Below are positions 24,091 through 36,197 of a stretch of DNA of 47,440 nucleotides, in pieces. The stretch is from Octopus bimaculoides (Eukaryota). The stretch lies in contig NC_068989.1 in assembly GCF_001194135.2 (NCBI RefSeq), forward strand, positions 71,886,432 through 71,933,871, in the 5' to 3' direction. Position 1 is the stretch's first letter, and each line of letters opens with the position of its first letter. Under the pieces are notes generated by a model that was not told the DNA's origin, made no database searches, and saw only the letters and a list, made by a program, of their open reading frames with translations. Position numbers and translations under genes: made by a program.

Positions 24091-24415
24091 ATAAAGTTGT
24101 AGTATATTGTCAACTTAATGTGACAATCCCAATAAGGGAATACACTACTGCTGTTTAGCCCTAGGAAGCTGGACCGCTTCCTGTCGGCCTTGACTGGCAA
24201 GCTACTTCAGGCCGATAACGCGCAAAGACTCAGAAACATGTCCCTGAATGCTGGCTAGGCTGGGTGGAGGAGCTTGTCTCCCCCTCGCAGACTTAAGGAC
24301 ACAGTAATTGTGTCAAGGCCGACAGGAAGCGGTCCAGCTTCCTAGGGCTAAACGGCAGTAGTGTATTCCCTTATTGGGATTGTCACATTAAGTTGACAAT
24401 ATACTACAACTTTAT
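24091..24415. repeat. Foldback element: 104-bp inverted arms (1 mismatch) with a 117-bp spacer
   Basis: 24091-24194 is the reverse complement of 24312-24415 except at 24152(T)/24354(G). Confidence 0.95.
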
Positions 24416-24420
24416 ATATA

Positions 24421-24520
24421 TATAAATAGGTCTTACAGCTGTTTCCAGGATATTTATTATATCTCCGATGAAGGGATATAATAAATATCCTGGAAACAGC
24501 TGTAAGACATTCTATTTATA
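24421..24520. repeat. Perfect 34-bp inverted repeat (11-nt loop) overlapping a hammerhead-like motif
   Basis: 24430-24463 is the exact reverse complement of 24475-24508. Outer TATAAATAG/CTATTTATA adds 9 bp after a 3-nt bulge. Confidence 0.93.
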
Positions 24521-24686
24521 AATGTTCTAAAATCTTCACAGCCTTGTTTTTTTATCTCATTCTGAAAAAAAATTTTATATATATAATATTGCATACATGC
24601 AGATAAATGCAAACTTACACTAAAAAATAAACAACAGACAAACAAATAGATATTAAATAAAAGAAGAAAATATACTCTGTTCCTAC

Positions 24687-24883
24687 CTACACAGCCAAAA
24701 ACTCCTGTTGGCAAGAAAACTGCCAACGTAACATATTTCAGATCATTAGGAAATGCTAGCTTCAGCTCTACATAGTAGATAGACAATGCAAAAATGAAGC
24801 CAATGACCATTACATTGGTTCCAAAACAGCAGAATGAAACAATAAAGCACTTAAACAGTTGAATACGGGAGCGTTGAGCAATG
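24687..24883 (-). CDS. SLC16/MCT-family transporter, coding exon 2 (TM1 to start of TM2)
   Basis: Acceptor ttccttattttccag|C and donor GTAG|gtagga; 197 nt, phase 2 to 1. Encodes IAQRSRIQLFKCFIVSFCCFGTNVMVIGFIFALSIYYVELKLAFPNDLKYVTLAVFLPTGVFGCV, resembling SLC16 TM1 and TM2. Confidence 0.88.
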
Positions 24884-27088
24884 CTGGAAAATAAGGAAAC
24901 TGATTGTGAGAGACATATATGGATTAGATAAAGCATAATCTATTACAATAAACTAAGTCAATAGCTTTGGGTAGATAAAACCCTTTATCATATTTCTATT
25001 GAAATACATTACCTTCATTTCACTTAATTTTGAAAATAATAAAGAATTTAGGAAAATAACATTGTCATTATTATATTGGTGTTTGGAACATACAATTTTG
25101 AGGAAGGTTTTACTTTAGATCATTTTAAAACAGGAAGTTGGTACCATAGGACAAGGGGTGGTCTTAGTCAGATTGGTATCAAAAGGGTTAATATGTGAGG
25201 CAGTGCTGAAAAGTTCTTAGTTTTAAGGGTATCATGAAAGCCCTGTTGGAGGCCCAACCTTCCAAGTTCCCACTACACTCTCAGAGTGGTTGGCATTAGG
25301 AAGGGCATCCAGCTGTAGAAACTCTGCCAAATCAGATTGGAGCCTGGTGTAGCCATCTGGTTTCACCAGTTCTCAGTCAAATTGTCCAACCCATGCTAGC
25401 ATGGAAAGCGGATGTTAAACGGTGATGATGATGATGATGATGATATATATCATCATCAGCAGCAACATAAGCAAAAGTGTGGCTATGTGGTTGAGATGCT
25501 TGCTTACCAAGCTCATGGCTTCAGATTCAGTCCAATTGCATGGCACCTAAGGCAAGTGTCTTCTACAATAGCTCCAGGCTGATCAAAGTCTTGTAGGTGG
25601 ATTTCATAAATAGAAACAGGAAGAAGCCTGTTGTGTATATACAACTGTATATGTATGTGTGTATGCTTGTATGTGTCCATGTCTTGGCATCATGTGATGA
25701 TTGCAAACAAACAACAATATCATACCAACACTGTCGTTCATTTACAATCTTCCATGAAAAGCATGCCTGGCCATGGGAAGATATTACTTTGTTTGGAAAC
25801 AGATGAAGATCGGCAACAGGCTTTAAAAAAACCTGCCACAATGAATTCTTTCAAACACATGTAATCATGGAAAGGCAGATGTTAAAATGACGATGATGAA
25901 TAAGAAAGTTACAATGGACCACAAAGAAAAATACAGCAGAGAAAGAACAGAAAGTAATAGCCATCATCATTTAACATCCATTTTCCAGTCTGGCATGAGT
26001 TAGATGGTTTGACTGAAAATTGGTAAGCTGAGGAGGTGCATCAGGTTACAATCTGATTTGGCATGGTTTCTACGGCTGGATGCCCCTCCTACCATCAACA
26101 ACTCCAAGAGTGTAGTGAGTACTTTTTAAGTGCCACCAGCACAAGTGCCAGTTACACAACACTGGCATTGGCCACAACTATGATCTCAAAGTACAGTATA
26201 TCACAATAGGTCTTGGTCACCTGTCACTGCCTGCATGAGACCCAACGTTCGAACGGTGCCTTTTATGTACCACGGGCATGGATGCCAGTTACACAACACT
26301 GGCATTGGCCACAACTACAATCTTCCAAATATAACATTTAGAAAGTAATTACTTGAGTGTGTCTGTGAAGCAAAAGAATGTGAGAATCTACATTTGTGGT
26401 GTATATGTGTGTTTGATGCAAAAGAGTTGACTGTGCAAGAATTCTTGGGTTAGCTGACTTGTACAGTGCAATGGCTGATAGCAGAAAACAGTTTCTTAGA
26501 AAAATATACAAGATGGCAGTTTTAATAATGCAAAAATAAGGTTCACATGTTCTCTTGGAGAAATAGCATATTTCATCAAAAATGAAGCATTCTGATTGGA
26601 TGAAAAACAACTAAAAGGTCAGGTGACACACACTGTTGTGTTCTCAGCTGGATAAGGTGATAAAAATATATTGTAAAAAGAATTCATGTGACCTGCAAAA
26701 ACGACAGTCATCTGGGTAGGATTTTCAGTATAAGACACAACTGTAAGGCAAACTTGACATAGAGGCAAATGAATGTAAGATGTCTTCAAGTGCATATGTA
26801 TGTGTGTGTGTGTGTGTGTGTGTGTGCACGCAAGAGTGAGAAGGGATTAAGAGAAACAAGTATGGAAGGAGAGTAGTATCAGATTACACAACAAACACTT
26901 TCCAGTAAATTACAGTTAACAACATCACCATACTTGCCATAAAATAAACATACATCCATACATATACACACAAACTGCATGCTCAAAACGTTATACACAC
27001 ACACTTAGAAATGTTTATATAAGAATGAGTTCAGACCTTGTTTTACACTCTCTCTCTCTATATATATATATATATATCACACAATATA

Positions 27089-27284
27089 TTTGTCGTCCCA
27101 TAAATAATGCAGGTTTTTTAATACTTCTTTTATTTTTCTAAATTAAGATAAGCAAAGTTCTTTTTTAATTTAAAATATACTCTCCTTCATTTTCTACAAT
27201 GCTCTTCCATCTATCTAGTAGACTTGCAAGGCCCCTCTTCCAAAATTCACTTGTCTGTGATGAAAAATACTCAAGTTCCACTAT
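27089..27284 (-). mobile_element. Mariner-type transposase C-terminus and terminal repeat remnant
   Basis: Minus strand reads, with frameshifts, roughly FF....SEFWKRGLASLLDRWKSIVE.EGEYILN-stop. Terminus TTTGTCGTCCCATAAATAATGC preceded by TA. Confidence 0.6.
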
Positions 27285-28200
27285 TAATTTGACACTGTAG
27301 GGTGACCAGAGTTGAGAATAGTAGTCCAAATGGCTGAGGACAAATGTTCACCATAGAGCCCCCACTCAGTTCCTTGGTCCCTTGTTCTGAATGTTCTCAG
27401 AATCCATCCAGCCCTTTGCTTGCACAATGCCGCCATCTTGATGATATGCACATAAAACGAAGCATTGTTGCTCCATTTGGTCCAAAGTATCGTTGTTGCA
27501 GCTCCTGAACACCTATTTCCTTTATTGCCCACAAGGGGCTAAACATAGAGGGGACAAACAAGGACTGACAAAGGGATTAAATCGATTACATCGACCCCAG
27601 TACGTAACTGGTACTTAGTTTATCGACCCCGAAAGGATGAAAGGCAAAGTTGACCTAGGCGGAATTTGAACTCAGAATGTAACAGCGGACGAAATACTGC
27701 TAAGCGTTTCGCTTGGCATGCTAACGTTTCTGCCAGCTCGCCTCCTGAACACCAATTAGCTGATGGTGAAGGGCTTGGAATTTACCTGCATTAAATTGCA
27801 TGTTGCTGTCCTCAACTCATTTATATATGACATCTAGATCTTTCTGTAGAAGATTAGCATCAGAAGTTTCTTTGACTGCTTTTACTAGTTTTGTGTTGTC
27901 AGCATAACTAGTAAGTGTGACTGATGGCTCTGAAAGAACTACCATGAACAGCTGTGGCCCCAATACAGTTCCCTGAGACACTTCACTCTCTATTACTGTC
28001 TCCTTGGAGAGGGCCCCATTAGCTACCACAGCCTGGTTTCTGTCTTTTAAGAAGTATTGTAACCACTCTCCCAGTTTCCCGGGTATGGCCGAATCTCCAT
28101 AGCTTGTGACATATCATCCCATGATAAACCTTATCAAAATCCTTTGCAAAATCATGATATATCTCATCCATGTTTGATTGATTCATTAATTGTTTCAACA
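27285..28200 (-). mobile_element. CR1/L2 (Jockey-group) LINE RT remnant, interrupted by a SINE
   Basis: DFAKDFDKVYHGMICHKL, SEVSQGTVLGPQLF, LTSYADNTK, LLQKDLDVIY, and AGWILRTFRTRD. Confidence 0.85.
27514..27741 (-). mobile_element. SINE family C nested in the CR1/L2 remnant, with TSD
   Basis: CTCCTGAACACC direct repeat at 27502-27513 and 27742-27753. Confidence 0.9.
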
Positions 28201-28728
28201 CCCAGACATAATGCTGCAAAAACATATTTATAACACAATACACAACACACAATATATATATATCACCTAATAGACATACATACATATCTATATACAGATA
28301 TCATCATCATCGTCGTTGTTCTCACATTAACATCTACTTTCACATGATTGGATAGGACAAAATTTGTTCAAGTAGATTTTCTACAGTTGAAGGCCCTTCT
28401 TGCCACCAAACCTCACCTGTTTCTAAGCAAGGGTAATATTTCCCCATGGCCAAACATGTTTTTACAGAAAATTGGAATTGAAGGATATGGCTTGTATGTC
28501 AGAGAGAAACAAATGAACACCCTCCTGCATTATATAGGCATGGCTGTGTGGTAAGAAACTCACTTCCTAACCACATGGTCCTGGGTTCAGTCTCACTGTG
28601 TGGCACCTAGGGCAAGTGCCTTGAGGGTGGATTTGGTAGGTGGAAACTGAAAGAAACCCATTGTATGTATATATGTATGTATGTATCTATTTACCATCAT
28701 ACTTAACATCCGTTTTCCATACATGTGT

Positions 28729-28760
<32 letters not shown>

Positions 28761-29153
28761 TGTGTTGGTGTGTTTACATCCCTGTAATTTGGTGGCTTGG
28801 NNNNNNNNNNNNNNNNNNNNNNNNNNNNNNNNNNNNNNNNNNNNNNNNNNNNNNNNNNNNNNNNNNNNNNNNNNNNNNNNNNNNNNNNNNNNNNNNNNNN
28901 NNNNNNNNNNNNNNNNNNNNNNNNNNNNNNNNNNNNNNNNNNNNNNNNNNNNNNNNNNNNNNNNNNNNNNNNNNNNNNNNNNNNNNNNNNNNNNNNNNNN
29001 NNNNNNNNNNNNNNNNNNNNNNNNNNNNNNNNNNNNNNNNNNNNNNNNNNNNNNNNNNNNNNNNNNNNNNNNNNNNNNNNNNNNNNNNNNNNNNNNNNNN
29101 NNNNNNNNNNNNNNNNNNNNNNNNNNNNNNNNNNNNNNNNNNNNNNNNNNNNN

Positions 29154-29460
29154 AACGTGCAAGTGGCTGAGCACTCTACAGACACGTGTACCCTTAACGT
29201 AGTTCTCGGGGATATTCAGCATGACACAGTGTGACAAGGCTGACCCTTTGAAATACAGGTACAACAGAAACAGGAAGAAAGAGTGAGAGAAAGTTGTAGG
29301 GAAAGAGTACAGCAGGGTTCGCCACCATCCCCTGCCGGAGTCACGTGGAGCTTTAGGTGTTTTCGCTCAATAAAAACTCACAACGCCCGGTCTGGGAATC
29401 GAACCGCGATCTTATGACCGCGAGTCCGCTGCCCTAACCACTGGGCCATTGCACCTCCAC
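29154..29460 (-). mobile_element. SINE family D with a well-preserved tRNA-like Pol III head
   Basis: Minus-strand head GTGGAGGTGCAATGGCCCAGTGGTTAGGGCAGCGGACTCGCGGTCATAAGATCGCGGTTCGATTCCCAGACC, with A box TGGCCCAGTGG and B box GGTTCGATTCC. The body is shared with 16770-17065 and a degenerate copy at about 8535-8755. Confidence 0.88.
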
Positions 29461-30019
29461 ACACAGTTCACCTAGGTCGCCTAGAACTAGAGAATGACAG
29501 CAGCAGCAGTTGCCGCTGTTTCACCGCTTCTATGACTACTGCCACCAGCTATATTGTCTTGTGGTTATCTAGGCACATGGCATTTGGTATTATAGGGTGA
29601 CATTCAAACTAAAACATTTCATTATATAACGGACGTGTGACAACTGATGCAAATGTGTATGATACACACATATATGTAAATAAATATATACATTCATATA
29701 CAAATATATGCATACAGACATACATAATGTGCACCACACACACACACAAACGTTTATAAATAACTACAGGCATACTGACACCTTCACATACACACTTGAA
29801 TATATACATATGTGTATACAGACATATACACATGCATATATATTTGGATATAGATATACATACATTCACATACATATAAATACAAACACCTGTACATATG
29901 TACACACACACACTCACATATATATATATGTGTGTGGGAATGTATATATATATATATGTGTGTGTGTGTGTATGTATATATATATATATATATACATATA
30001 TATATGTGTGTGGTATATG

Positions 30020-30084
<65 letters not shown>

Positions 30085-31859
30085 GTATATATATAAGCAT
30101 ATATGTGTAAAAATAATACATATGCATGTTCCTCTTTTGTCTTTTACTTGTTTTCGTCATTGGTCTGTGGCCAGGTAGTGGGGTGGACACACACAAACAC
30201 ACACAAAGTACTGCTACTGATGTCATGTAAAAAGTATTGGTGCCACATAAGAAGCACTGGCAAAGGTGCCATTGTAAAAAGCAATGGTGCTGGTGCCACT
30301 TAAAGAGCACTGGTGAAGGTGCCACATGAAAAGCTCCCAGTACACTTTGTGACGTGGTTGGCATTAGGAAGGGTATCAACCACAGAAACCATGCCAGAAC
30401 AGACAATTGGAGCCTGTTGCAGCCTGCCCAACCCCGCCCTTGCTAGTTCTTGTCAAACTGATCAACCCATGCCAGTAGGGAAAATGGACATTAAATGATG
30501 ATGATGATGTCACATATATACTCTGAGCTTCCACACAGTTTCTATCTGTCAAATTCACTCTCACAAGGCATTGGTTGGCCTGGGCCTGTAATAAAAGACA
30601 CTTCCCCAAGCACCATGCAGTGAGACTGAACCTGAAACCACATGGTTGCAGAATGATCTTCACCATAAAACTATACCTGTCCCTCCACATACATAAGCAC
30701 ACACACACACACACAATTTCTTTCTATTAAAGGCACAAGGCCTGAAAGTCTCGGTGGGGTGGGGTGACCTAGTCAATTACATCGATCCCAGTATACTTAG
30801 TACTAGTACTTAGTTTATTGACCCTGAAAGGATGAAAGGCAAAGTTGGCCCTGGAGGAGATTGAACTCAGAATTTAAAGACGGATGAAACACCGCTAAGC
30901 ATTTTCCCCTGGTGTGCTAAAGTTTCTGCTAGCTTGTTGCCTTCACACAAACACACACATACATATGTAAATACAAAGGTAAAATATTCATTCCACACAA
31001 ACGCACAGATACAAAGATAAACATTCGTACACACACACACACACACTCAAATACAAAGATAAACTGCTGTTATAGAGAGGGCAGGAAACGAATGTGTGAC
31101 GGTGCAGGTATGCATTATATACATAAACATAGAGAGATCACTTCTTAACGACATGGTTGCAGGTTTCTATCCCTGGGCAAGTATCTTCTGTTATAACCTA
31201 AGGCTGACTAATTCCTTCTAAGTGAATCTGGTATATGGAAACTGAATGGAAGCCGGTTATGTGTGTGTGAGTGGATACACACAGACACATATATATATAG
31301 AGAGAGAGAGAGAGAAAGAGAGGGGGGAGGGATAGATAGTTAGAAAGACAAATACAGATGTGGATAAGCATAGGTGAAAGCATGACTGTGTTTAGAAGGT
31401 TTTATTTGCAATCATCATCATCATCATCGTTTAACATCCGCTTTCCATGCTAGCATGGGTTGGACGATTTGACTGAGGACTGGTGAACCAGATGGCTGCA
31501 CCAGGCTCCAATCTGATCTGGCAGTTTCTACAGCTGGATGCCCTTCCTAATGCCAACCACTCCAAGAGTGTAGTGGGTGCTTCTACGTGCTGCCGGCATG
31601 AGGGCCAGTCAGGCGGGTACTGGCAACGACCACGCTCAAATGGTGTTTTTTACATACTACATGCACAGGAGCCAGTCAATCCGACAACACAGCACCTTGG
31701 GTCTCTTCAACTATAGCCCCAGGCTGACAAATGCCATATACAGGAATAATTGGTAAATGGAATATGCAGAAAGCCTGTTATATATGTGTGTGTGTGTGTG
31801 TGCATGTGCTCAAACAGCTCACACATATATCTATACAGATCATCTGCACACACACACAC

Positions 31860-31905
<46 letters not shown>

Positions 31906-31984
31906 TTCACTAGCAAAGACATAGGTATGAAATTGGCATAAGTATGCGCACAGTATTAGTCATAAAAAAGGGACAGGAGTCTGC

Positions 31985-32625
31985 AGTGAAGGCATTCAAT
32001 TACCAGAAGAAAGCCAAATATTACAATCAATGAAAGAAGGAGAAAAGTACAAGTATCTAAGAGTATTAGAATCTGACAGAATACTCAGTAGAGAAATGAA
32101 AACGAAAATTGAGGAGTACATCAGAAGGGTGAGGAAGTTAATAGAGTTGAAGCAAATAGCCTGAATCTAGTGAAGGTTGCAGATATTTGTGCAATATTGC
32201 TATTCAGATATTCAGCAACTTTTGTAGATTGGACAAAATCTGAATTGTCAAATCTAGACAAAAGAACTAGGAAGGAATTCAATATGAATGGAAAACTTCA
32301 TCTAAGAGCAGGAGTAGCAAGACTGTATCTATCTAGAAAGGAAGGTAGCAGAGGTGTAATATCAGTAGAAGACTGTGTAGAGTTAGCTAGAGTAGATATA
32401 ACATCCTATGTAGGTAATAGTGCGGAAATTTTATTAAGAGCTGCAAGAGTAACTGTAGGAGATAGGGAAACTAAAAAGCCAAATGAAGCAAGATTATCTG
32501 ACTGGCAAAAAAAAAAAGGCTTTGTATGGTAGATTTCCAAAGGTAGTGGCAGAAAATAGTAATAGTAAGATATGGTTGTAGTTGCACAATGAAAGGGTGG
32601 AAAGGGAGATAGAAAGTTTGCTAGT
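31985..32625 (+). mobile_element. Dong/R4-type non-LTR retrotransposon RT C-terminal remnant
   Basis: KYKYLRVLESD, EMKTKI, LFRYSATFVDWTKSELSNLDKRTRK..MNGKLHLRAGVARLYLSRKEGSRGVISVEDCV. Disrupted. Confidence 0.75.
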
Positions 32626-32754
32626 AGTAGCCTTTCATCCTTTTGGGGTCAGTAAATCAAGTACCAGTGAAACAATGGGGTTGATGTAATTGACAAGTCC
32701 CCTCCTGCTAAAATTTCAGGCCTTGTACCTTTAGTAGGAAGAATTATTATTATT

Positions 32755-32977
32755 GATCCTTTAGCATTCAGATTACTTTTTCAAATATAATGTTTATTTA
32801 TTCACATCATTTTGAATTAATTGTGCATTATCTTGTATCTTGTAGCATTCTCTTGTGATAATATATTTTTGGAATGACATTGTGGGGTAGGTGTGAGAGG
32901 CCAGTTGTAGCCAGTTTGAACATAAAACAGGTAGAATATTTCGGCTGAATATAGCCGGTTTAAATGCCAAAGGGTTA
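32755..32977. mobile_element. piggyBac-like MITE
   Basis: CCTTTAGCATTC ... AAATGCCAAAGGGTTAA; same family as 12659-13062. Confidence 0.6.
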
Positions 32978-34616
32978 AGGAGGTGAGCTAACAGAATCAT
33001 TAGCGTGCCGGGCAGAATACTTAGTGACATTTCATCTGTCTACATGCTTGGAGTTCAAATTCTGCCAAGGTCAGTTTTGCCTTTCATCCTTCCCAGGCTC
33101 AATAAAACAGGTATCAGTAAAGTACTGGGGGTCAATGTAATTGACTTACCTCCTCCTTCAAACTTATTGACCTTCATCCAAAATTTGTAACCAATATTCA
33201 TCATCATCATTTAATGTCCACCTTCCATATTGGCATGGGTTGGACAGTTTGACAGGAGTTGGCCAGATAGAAGACTACACCAGGCTACTGTGCCTGTTTT
33301 GGTGTGGTTTTTACAGCTGGATGCCCTTCCTAACACCAACCACCCTGCAGAGTGGACCGAGTGCTTTTTACATGGCACCAGCACAGGCAAGGTCAGTTTT
33401 GGCACAGTTTTTACAGCTGGATGCTCTTCCAAATGCCAAGTATTTCCCAGTATGGACTGGATGCTTTTTAAGTGGCACCAGCATGTATATTTATATATCA
33501 TCCACTTTTCTAAGTTTATTTGAGGCAGACATTCGATTTCTGAATGTTCTTCCTGTTGCTAACTCCCACCGGTTTCCAACTAAGGGGATATTTCCCCGTG
33601 GCCAAACATGTTTCGCAGAATATTAGAAATGTCCCCTCTCCTCACAAAATTCCTTGCCTTGCAAGTTACTTGGTGACCCTGCCGATGCTGGTGTCACACA
33701 AAAAGCATCCAACCCATGCTGTGAAGTGGTTGGTATTTGGTAAGGCATCCAGCTGTAAAAATCATGAAAGAACTGATCTTGCCTATGCTGGCACCATGTA
33801 AAAAGCACTCAGTCCGTTCTGCAGGGTGGTTGGTGTTAGGGAGGGCATCCAACTATAAAACCCTACCAAAACAGACACAATAGTCTGGTGTAGTCTTCTA
33901 CTTAGCCAGCTCCTGTCAAACCATCCAACCCATGCCAGCATGGAAGGAGGATGTTAAACGATGATGATGATGTTAGGCTTAATTGAGCTGACCTAAGAGG
34001 AAAAGTATTTCCTTAGCGACCAATCCATTGTATGTTTACCCAAGTATTTCAGACAATTTCTTTTTCCCAGATATAATATATCTAGGACTACAATATTGAA
34101 TGTCTCTTTTTTATTTTTTTATTAAGATTGTAGGGTGCAATATGAAGGAGATTTAGCTGTTATTTCTATCAGGGTCGAGCAATCACATACATGTTTCCTT
34201 GTAAACTCATTGGATATTAGTTTACAGGTCTTGATGTTAAAATTAAGTCATTGTTGTGCATAATTTAACTGCAGGAGATTCCATGTTGAATGAAAAGATG
34301 AACAAAAGCATTCCACATATGACCATTAAAGCTTCAGCTTTATTACCTTAGAAAAAAAGGTGGGGGGGGGGGAGAGTAATGAGTATTTCAGGAAATTTGA
34401 CTGCTATTTGTAGCAGACTAAATAACTCTTTTGTTGTTTTGTCCCAAGGCAAGTATTTTGTTAGGTCTCTGTCTGAAACATTTAATTGAGCATGATATAT
34501 TTAACCTAGATCTTGCAGAATAATTCTCAAATCTTCTTTGGCATGATAACTGCTATGCACAGCGTGCTAACAATTCTGCCAGCTCACCGCAGTAATAATG
34601 ATAATAATAATAATAA

Positions 34617-35077
34617 TCATCATCGTCGTTTAACGTCCGCTTTCCATGCTAGCATGGGTTGGACGATTTGACTGAGGACTGGTGGACCAGGAGGTGACAC
34701 CAGGCTCCAATCTCATTTGGCAGAGTTTCTACAGCTGGATGCCCTTCCTAACGCCAACCACTCCGAGAGTATAGTGGGTGCTTTTACGTGCCACCGGCAC
34801 AAGGGCCAGTCAGGTGGTACTGGTGACGGCCATGCTAGAAATGGTGTATTTTACGTGCCACTTGCACAGGAGCCAGTCCAGCGGCACTGGCAACGATCTC
34901 GCTTGAATGTCTTTTCACGTTCCACTGGCACAAGTGCCAGGGAGGCGACGTTGGTAACGATCAACGGCCATGCTCGAAATGGTGTCAACAGCCACACTCG
35001 AAATGGTGTCAACGACCATGCTCAAAATGGTGTCAACGGCCACGCTCGAAATGGTGTCAACGGCCACACTCGAAATG
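34617..35077 (-). mobile_element. RTE-tail repeat copy ending in five 24-bp tandem units
   Basis: Unit AACGGCCACGCTCGAAATGGTGTC x5 at 34963-35077. Possible 20-bp TSD AATGATAATAATAATAATAA at 34597-34616 and 35074-35093 (low complexity). Confidence 0.85.
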
Positions 35078-35802
35078 ATAATAATAATAATAAGCACTGG
35101 CTACTGGAAGTGTTACCATGTACATTGTTTTATCTTGGTATAAGAGATGGGCTACAGCAAATATTCTCCTCAATACCACAGATTTGCTTGTTAGTTGTTT
35201 GACTTTAACCAGTTGAGCATTCTCTTGGTGGCTGATGATATGTGCATCTCCGATCACGAGCAGAAGTAGTGGGCAGCATCATAGCCATGTGTTGAAAGGA
35301 ATTCTCTGAGGCTTGAATACTTCACCTCTGGAAACAAATCTTATTCAGGGACCTTTTGAATGGGATGAGCTGCTTGACCTGAAGAAAAGTTTAACTGGGC
35401 TCCACCTGCAAGGTCATGCACTGTTTATCTTGATATGAGATCGCCATGTTGCACGCATATGGTTGTGATGGATGTGCCTGATGTACCCTGATCTGACGGG
35501 TAGTCATGATGGGTATACTGGACTTTGTACATTTGTATCTCAAGTGTCACTTTGATGGCATGCACAGCTCTCTCACTCAACAATAATCTTTTCAACTATA
35601 AGCACAAGGCCTGAAATTTTGATGTAGGAACTAGTTAATTACATAGTCCCCAGTGCTTGAATGGCACTTATTTCATCAACACTGAAAGGATGCAGGGCAG
35701 AGTTGGCCTTGGCAGCATTTGAACTCAAAATGAAAGATGGATGAAATATGGTTAAGCATTTTGTCCAGTGTCCTAATGATTCTACAAGCTTGCTGCCTTA
35801 AT

Positions 35803-36197
35803 ACTCTTTCACTTGTTTCAGTCATTTGACTGTGGCCATGCTGGAGCACCGCCTTTAGTCGAGCAAATCGACCCCGGGACTTATTCTTTGTAAGCCTAGT
35901 ACTTATTCTATTCGTCTCTTTTTGCCGAACCGTTAAGTGACGGGGACATAAACACACCAGCATCAGTTGTCAAGCAATGCTAGGGAGACAAACACAGACA
36001 TACAAACATACACACACACATACATACATATATACGACGGGCTTCTTTCAGTTTCCGTCTATCAAATCCACTCACAAGGCTTTGGTCGGCCCAAGGCTAT
36101 AGTAGAAGACACTTGCCCAAGGTGCCACGCAGTGGGAATGAACCCGGAACCATGTGGTTGGTAAGCAAGCTACTTACCACACAGCCACTCCTGCACC
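35803..36197 (-). mobile_element. tRNA-derived SINE, family A (full length)
   Basis: Collinear with 11470-11883. Confidence 0.92.

Noticed and set aside
24884-24936. In-frame ATG at 24936 as the transporter start
   Set aside because: Not preferred: a polypyrimidine tract plus CAG at 24884 and a phase-compatible upstream exon explain the frame better. It cannot be excluded without transcripts.
29382-29460. tRNA-like sequence with perfect A and B boxes
   Set aside because: It is the head of a family-D SINE continuous with the SINE body. The acceptor stem is not convincing, so it is not called a tRNA gene.
29609-30406. 265-aa and neighbouring YI/HT/CV-rich ORFs
   Set aside because: (TA)n/(CA)n microsatellite translations.
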